DNA from: Phoronis australis
Lineage: Eukaryota > Animalia > Phoronida
Direction: 5' to 3'
Assembly (NCBI GenBank): GCA_002633005.1
Contig: NMRA01000544.1
Coordinates: forward strand, 1-42,843
Length of the DNA: 42,843 nt
Position 1 is the stretch's first letter. Each line of letters starts with the position of its first letter. This document shows positions 38,256 through 42,843 of this stretch, one piece after another. The notes beneath the pieces are model-generated. The model was not told the DNA's origin. It was given only the letters and a program-made list of their open reading frames with translations, and made no database searches. Position numbers and translations under genes: made by a program.

Positions 38256-38510
38256 GGGGTCTGTTTCATTAAAAATGATTTAAGACTTCAGGCAGAAAAA
38301 TGCTCCACACAACTATTTCCGAAATATAATCAAATCTTCCTTGATCAAAAGTATGAAGTGTCGGAGCATATACACATAATTTCTTTAAATACTTCAGACT
38401 GTCATACCCTTATAATTACATTGCTAAACTTTTATTCACCAACTATGAAGTTTGAGCTTAAGACCAAATTACTGTCTTACGTCTTAATTCGTTTCCATGA
38501 AACGGACCCC
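38256..38510. mobile_element. Harbinger-type MITE (repeated at ~39146-39400 inside the duplicated block)
   Basis: TIRs GGGGTCTGTTTCAT ... ATGAAACGGACCCC. Confidence 0.72.
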
Positions 38511-38567
38511 ATGGTTTGGACATCTTCAAAATNTTTGCCCATGCAGTTTCTCTGTACTGTTTTTCAG

Positions 38568-38700
38568 GTTGCTGTTAACCTATACTCCGTGTTGTATGAT
38601 CCTGCTTTGTTCCCTGATCCGGAAGAGTTTCGACCCGAGAGATTCCTGACCAGCGACTTCAGGTTCGAGCGCAACGAGCGTGTTATACCCTTTGGATTAG
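38568..38700 (+). CDS. Cytochrome P450 exon 5, duplicate copy 2 (probably allelic/assembly duplicate)
   Basis: Same exon sequence and splice sites 892 bp downstream, inside a duplicated block that starts immediately after the N at 38533. Confidence 0.6.
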
Positions 38701-38961
38701 GTAAGGCCAAGACAGTAATCCATTTCATTTGACGTACCTTCCACTTCAATAAGATGCCCAGCCGAAATTTTGTGCTGTTCCACACAACCTAAGGTCTCCC
38801 AGTGATCCCCCAATTTAACTCGAAACTCGACTCGATAATTCACCAATCGCGTGGCAGGCTTTAAGTAAATTTCACGTTTCATGGTATATGATTGCTTAAT
38901 TTTCTGATCGAGTCTCGTATAAAGCTTGGTGGGCATAATAATAATTATAATAATACTGATA

Positions 38962-38993
<32 letters not shown>

Positions 38994-39698
38994 TAATAAT
39001 AATAGATATATTAGAATCACACAATTACCGAGAAATAAATGAAAAACATAAAAACACAAGACAAAAAAAATAAAAGTACAAGAGCAAGGCTCTGATAACA
39101 TATGAAATCAAAGACTCCTTTCCATTATGGTCCGTCACAGGGCCTGGGGTCTGTTTCATTAAAAATGATTTAAGACTTCAGGCAGAAAAACGCTCCACAC
39201 AACTATTTCCGAAATATAATCAAATCTTCCTTGATCAAAAGTATGAAGTGTCGGAGCATATACACATAATTTCTTTAAATACTTCAGACTGTCATACCCT
39301 TATAATTACATTTCTAAACTTTTATTCACCAACTGTGAAGTTTGAGCTTAAGACCAAATTACTGTCTTACGTCTTAATTCGTTTTCATGAAACGGACCCC
39401 ATGGCTTGGACATCTTAAAAATTCACCATTTTCAAAATACCCGCTAAGGAAAACTCTGTAGTCACCATAAAGTTTCAAATTCCCCTATTAGTGTTGACCT
39501 GATGTTCTGTGGAGTCATCCAAGTAGTTCCAAAAGCATCAATATAAGGACCTGAAGGTTTTTTTCCGAGACGGCAAGTGTCACAGAAACGCGAGGCATAA
39601 AGTAGTCGATGATTTTTAGGAAAAATATCAATCGAAAGCTTCTTGATGCTGCTTGTACAACCGGACAGGTCAAAGGTTGTTGGGCTTGCCATTGACAT

Positions 39699-39706
<8 letters not shown>

Positions 39707-39735
<29 letters not shown>
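39707..39735. repeat. (CA)n microsatellite
   Basis: Pure CA run. Confidence 0.97.
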
Positions 39736-39737
<2 letters not shown>

Positions 39738-42438
39738 GTTAACTCTGTGACGCTTTTACCTTAATTCACGTTTTTGACATGAAATCCTGACCTCATTTCA
39801 TTGTGCTTTAATCTCCCGTCTGTTTAATTTCCTTGAAAAATGTAATATAATCCCACTTAAAAACCCTGATTGACCCCGAATGCTATAGAGAATTTGACAG
39901 GTCAGTGGTGTGTTCAGCATGTATGGATAACGCACTTTTTCAAAAATCTATTGCACAATATTTCGTTATGCAAGAGGGGGACATGCCACCTTCGTCTTCT
40001 ATACGGCGTGCATAGAATTACTGTAACAGCTTGGAGCGTATTCAAACATTGAAGCATAATAATTGAAAACTGATAGTTTATCTTCTATAAATAATGATCA
40101 AATATTTGACAAAATCTTTCCACTGGAAGAGTTCCGAAAAGTTCATAACTATGAATGAAATACAGCAGGCTTCCACAATCCCCTCTTTGTAAACTACCGG
40201 CGAAAGGCACGGGAGGTGAGCCGTCTTTGACAATTGAATGCAATAGAAACCAATTGGCGTTGTGTGTCGAGTGCGGCAGGTTTTCAACATCTCGGAGTAT
40301 CTATTATATGGTTACAACTCTGTTTCTCACTCCCTCTGATTTTCTGATCCATGTCCGGTTTTCATTTTGTAGCTGTCATTTTAGTATTTGGTCTTTCTGC
40401 AATGGCTTCCGACTAATGATGTTGTGAGCAAAGAAGTGAAACGTCTGTATATCTACATATAGTATGTAGTGTTGAAAATATGACATCGTTGGCTAAAGCT
40501 CTTGGTATTTGTTTTCTTGGTGTGTTGTTTTGACCTAAAACCACAACCAAAATTTTCTGCGTGATCTATCCAAACCATATTCGAAGGTCTCATGTCAAAG
40601 ATAACGCACGCTTACTGTCCATTAATTTCATGAGACGAAACAAAGTTGAATCGGACGTACTTTACCTGAAACGACAACTAAATCGAATACGACTTTTAAG
40701 CTACTTTTACACGAGAGACAGTTGTCACCGTGTAAGTTGTCGCGGCGCTACTTGCTCCACTATAGTTGCATTTACACGACATTAGATCGCAAACTGGGTC
40801 AGCATGAGCCGACACGAAGACTGTCTGTGCATGCTCACATAAACAATAGTGAACGTCCAAACCACCTGGAATGTCAGCGGATCACCCACATGTACGCTAT
40901 TAAGCAAGCGCTTTGAAAGATGATCCCTTTCCGCCCTGTCCTAGTTGTGTTTAGATGTGTAGTTAAAACTGGAGCATCTGATCTAGTGCAACTTGCTCTA
41001 CCTATCAAGCCGGTGTCAAAAATGGCCTCTCGTGGCAACTTGTTTACACACACACACTTGCTTCCGATCAATTGTTCCGTGTTAGTTGCTCCTTGTCAGC
41101 TGGCTCTCGTGCAAATGCAACTTAAGGCTCGAAAAATCGTCTCTAGGGCCTTGTTAACATTTTCCAATTATTCTTGTACGACAGTTGTATACGAAAATTG
41201 TTTATGACAATCGGAGCATGTTGACATGGCTGTGACCTACATAAAGAGAGCAGCAGGGAGCTTTTGTCCTAGTAACTTAATTGTCTTTGTAGTCTTTCAG
41301 TTATCCTTCGGTCAGTGGTGGTCATTGCCTCAGGCAAATTATAGTGCCCCGGGTTGTTCATATATAACTTAAAACGTCCCATCCTTTATAGTCCAGTCAT
41401 TTTAGGGATCCAGAGGGCCCAACCTAGAGAAAAGTGTAACAGAAGGTTTTTTGTATTAATGGCATCTTCAAACATCCATTGGTGCCAGAAAAATGTCTAC
41501 CGAAATCTTTGTGGAGGAAGTCGGTTTTTCAATATGGCGGACAACGTGCCGATGTATGCTTACAAGTCGTTCTGTAAAAAAATCTGTGACCCAATAACAA
41601 AGCCAAACTGACCTCTTGCCTATATATTTTGATTTTGATATTGGCATGACAACTTTTGGCCCACGGGCAAACTCGGGGCAGCAAAAAGTACATCTCGCTT
41701 GAATTTTGATTTTGCAAGTGATAATGTACTTTAAATGCTCTTCTGGGTCAATTAGCTACAGCCTACACGCATGGCTTCCCAATAACAATGAAACAACAAG
41801 GAGTAAAATCTGAACATCTTTTATCTTAGTAATGATTATTTTTTTAAAGGATTTCACGTCTCACATGTGTCATGATTATGAAACTACACTGAACTTGACA
41901 ACTGTAGTTGTGTCATTCAGATACATGTACATGTATGTTACCTCAATGATTCATTTTCATCTACAGATCAAGACTTCCATCAAGTGTGAATCAGTTCAGG
42001 AGTTAACTTTGCTTTTTAAGTTGTTTCAATTTTATCACCATTAACGTTCAAGCTAAAAACGGCCAAGCGAGTATCGTATAGTCTCAGAGCTCTATTTGAC
42101 TCGGGCAGCGTCATGCGTAATAAGACAACTTAATTGGCAATATATTTTCATCCCAAAGTACAGTATTAATGCTCTACATATGTACAAATTGTTTACCCCG
42201 TTGACTGTCATCTGTTTGAACTAATATCACATCCGTAGTACGCCAATCCATTTCACTTGTTAATGTTACTAATCCATCAGTTTTCTATTTGCAAGATTTA
42301 GCCTAACTCAATGTAATTAAATTAGTAGTGGTGGGAATTTTCATGCCAACCCTAGTGTTTATAGCTTTTGTCCTTACTTCATTACTTTTAGTCTATTCAC
42401 ACACTTGTATATACTTCTCTTTCTCTTGTTAGATAAGC

Positions 42439-42843
42439 ATGTTAATTATGAACTGTATGAATTTATCAGTATTTAACTACAGACATAATAATTATAATTG
42501 TTCGGGTGTCTGGAAAACAAAAATACTCCACTGCTTTTCGTCTATTACGCTCGACCTCACTCTTCTACTACGAAAACGACCCCGAACTGAGCACTTACGT
42601 AATGTTTACTGCACAATGAAGAACTCATGTTGTGATATCCGAGTTATCATTGAGCAAAGTCTTTTGACTGCTGGTGATATGGAGGTCAATCCAGGACCAG
42701 GCACTCAGGGTTTAGCCAGCTTCAAGGTCTTATTCACTAATATCAACAGTATCAAGGCGAACAATCTTTCAAGATTTGATCTTCTCAAGCAAGTTATTAC
42801 AGACAACAATTACATGGTCATTGCTATATGTGAATCTGGAACA
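42439..42843 (+). mobile_element. 5' part of a non-LTR retrotransposon ORF: N-terminal extension, 2A-like peptide, APE endonuclease start; truncated by window end
   Basis: Frame open for 135 codons from ATG 42439 to the window end. Reads ...IIEQSLLTAGDMEVNPGP GTQGLASFKVLFTNINSIKANNLSRFDLLKQVITDNNYMVIAICESGT. 'TNINSI' and 'VIAICES' match APE motifs I and II (xNxxS/GL; D/xIIxIxET). Confidence 0.82.

Larger units (their letters stand above)
37642..39422. repeat. Near-identical tandem duplication of ~890 bp (37642-38532 and 38534-39422) joined by a single N
   Basis: Both copies begin tttgcccatgcag and end ggacatctt(c/a)aaaat. They differ by scattered SNPs and in the ATA microsatellite. Confidence 0.95.

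Noticed and set aside
37805-39101. 154 aa and 134 aa minus-strand ORFs with poly-Ile 'transmembrane' stretch
   Set aside because: Produced by the ATA microsatellite in intronic, duplicated sequence.
41334-41400. cag|GC AAA TTA TAG TGC CCC GGG would give PFGLG-K-L-*-C-P-G, in register with the missing heme motif
   Set aside because: In-frame stop, no conserved Arg, and no 'E.LA..ELFL' L-helix after it. The segment also looks like the terminus of a small inverted-repeat element (~41345-41680). Treated as coincidence.

Overview
AT-rich animal genomic DNA, probably a marine invertebrate (inferred), that is intron-rich and dense in repeats. The one well-supported host gene is a clan-2 (CYP2-like) cytochrome P450 on the + strand. 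Five exons splice in frame (23409-23653, 27403-27524, 34419-34674, 35512-36073, 37676-37808; 439 codons), and the last exon with the heme cysteine is not in the window. Exon 5 appears twice across a single-N junction, probably a haplotype/assembly duplication. The introns and the 23 kb upstream carry many transposon remnants: an Academ-like DNA transposon with TAG termini, a CTT target duplication and a decayed XPG-like nuclease; a 265 bp solo LTR with a perfect 5 bp target duplication; Harbinger-type MITEs; hAT-like and P-like elements; tRNA-derived heads; and a PHD/foldback/THAP composite. The most notable signal is at the right edge and is missing from the ORF track: an open frame with a 2A-like 'ribosome skipping' motif (GDMEVNPGP) directly before the start of an APE endonuclease, consistent with a 2A-bearing non-LTR retrotransposon in the P450's last intron. 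All family calls are by eye, without database searches.
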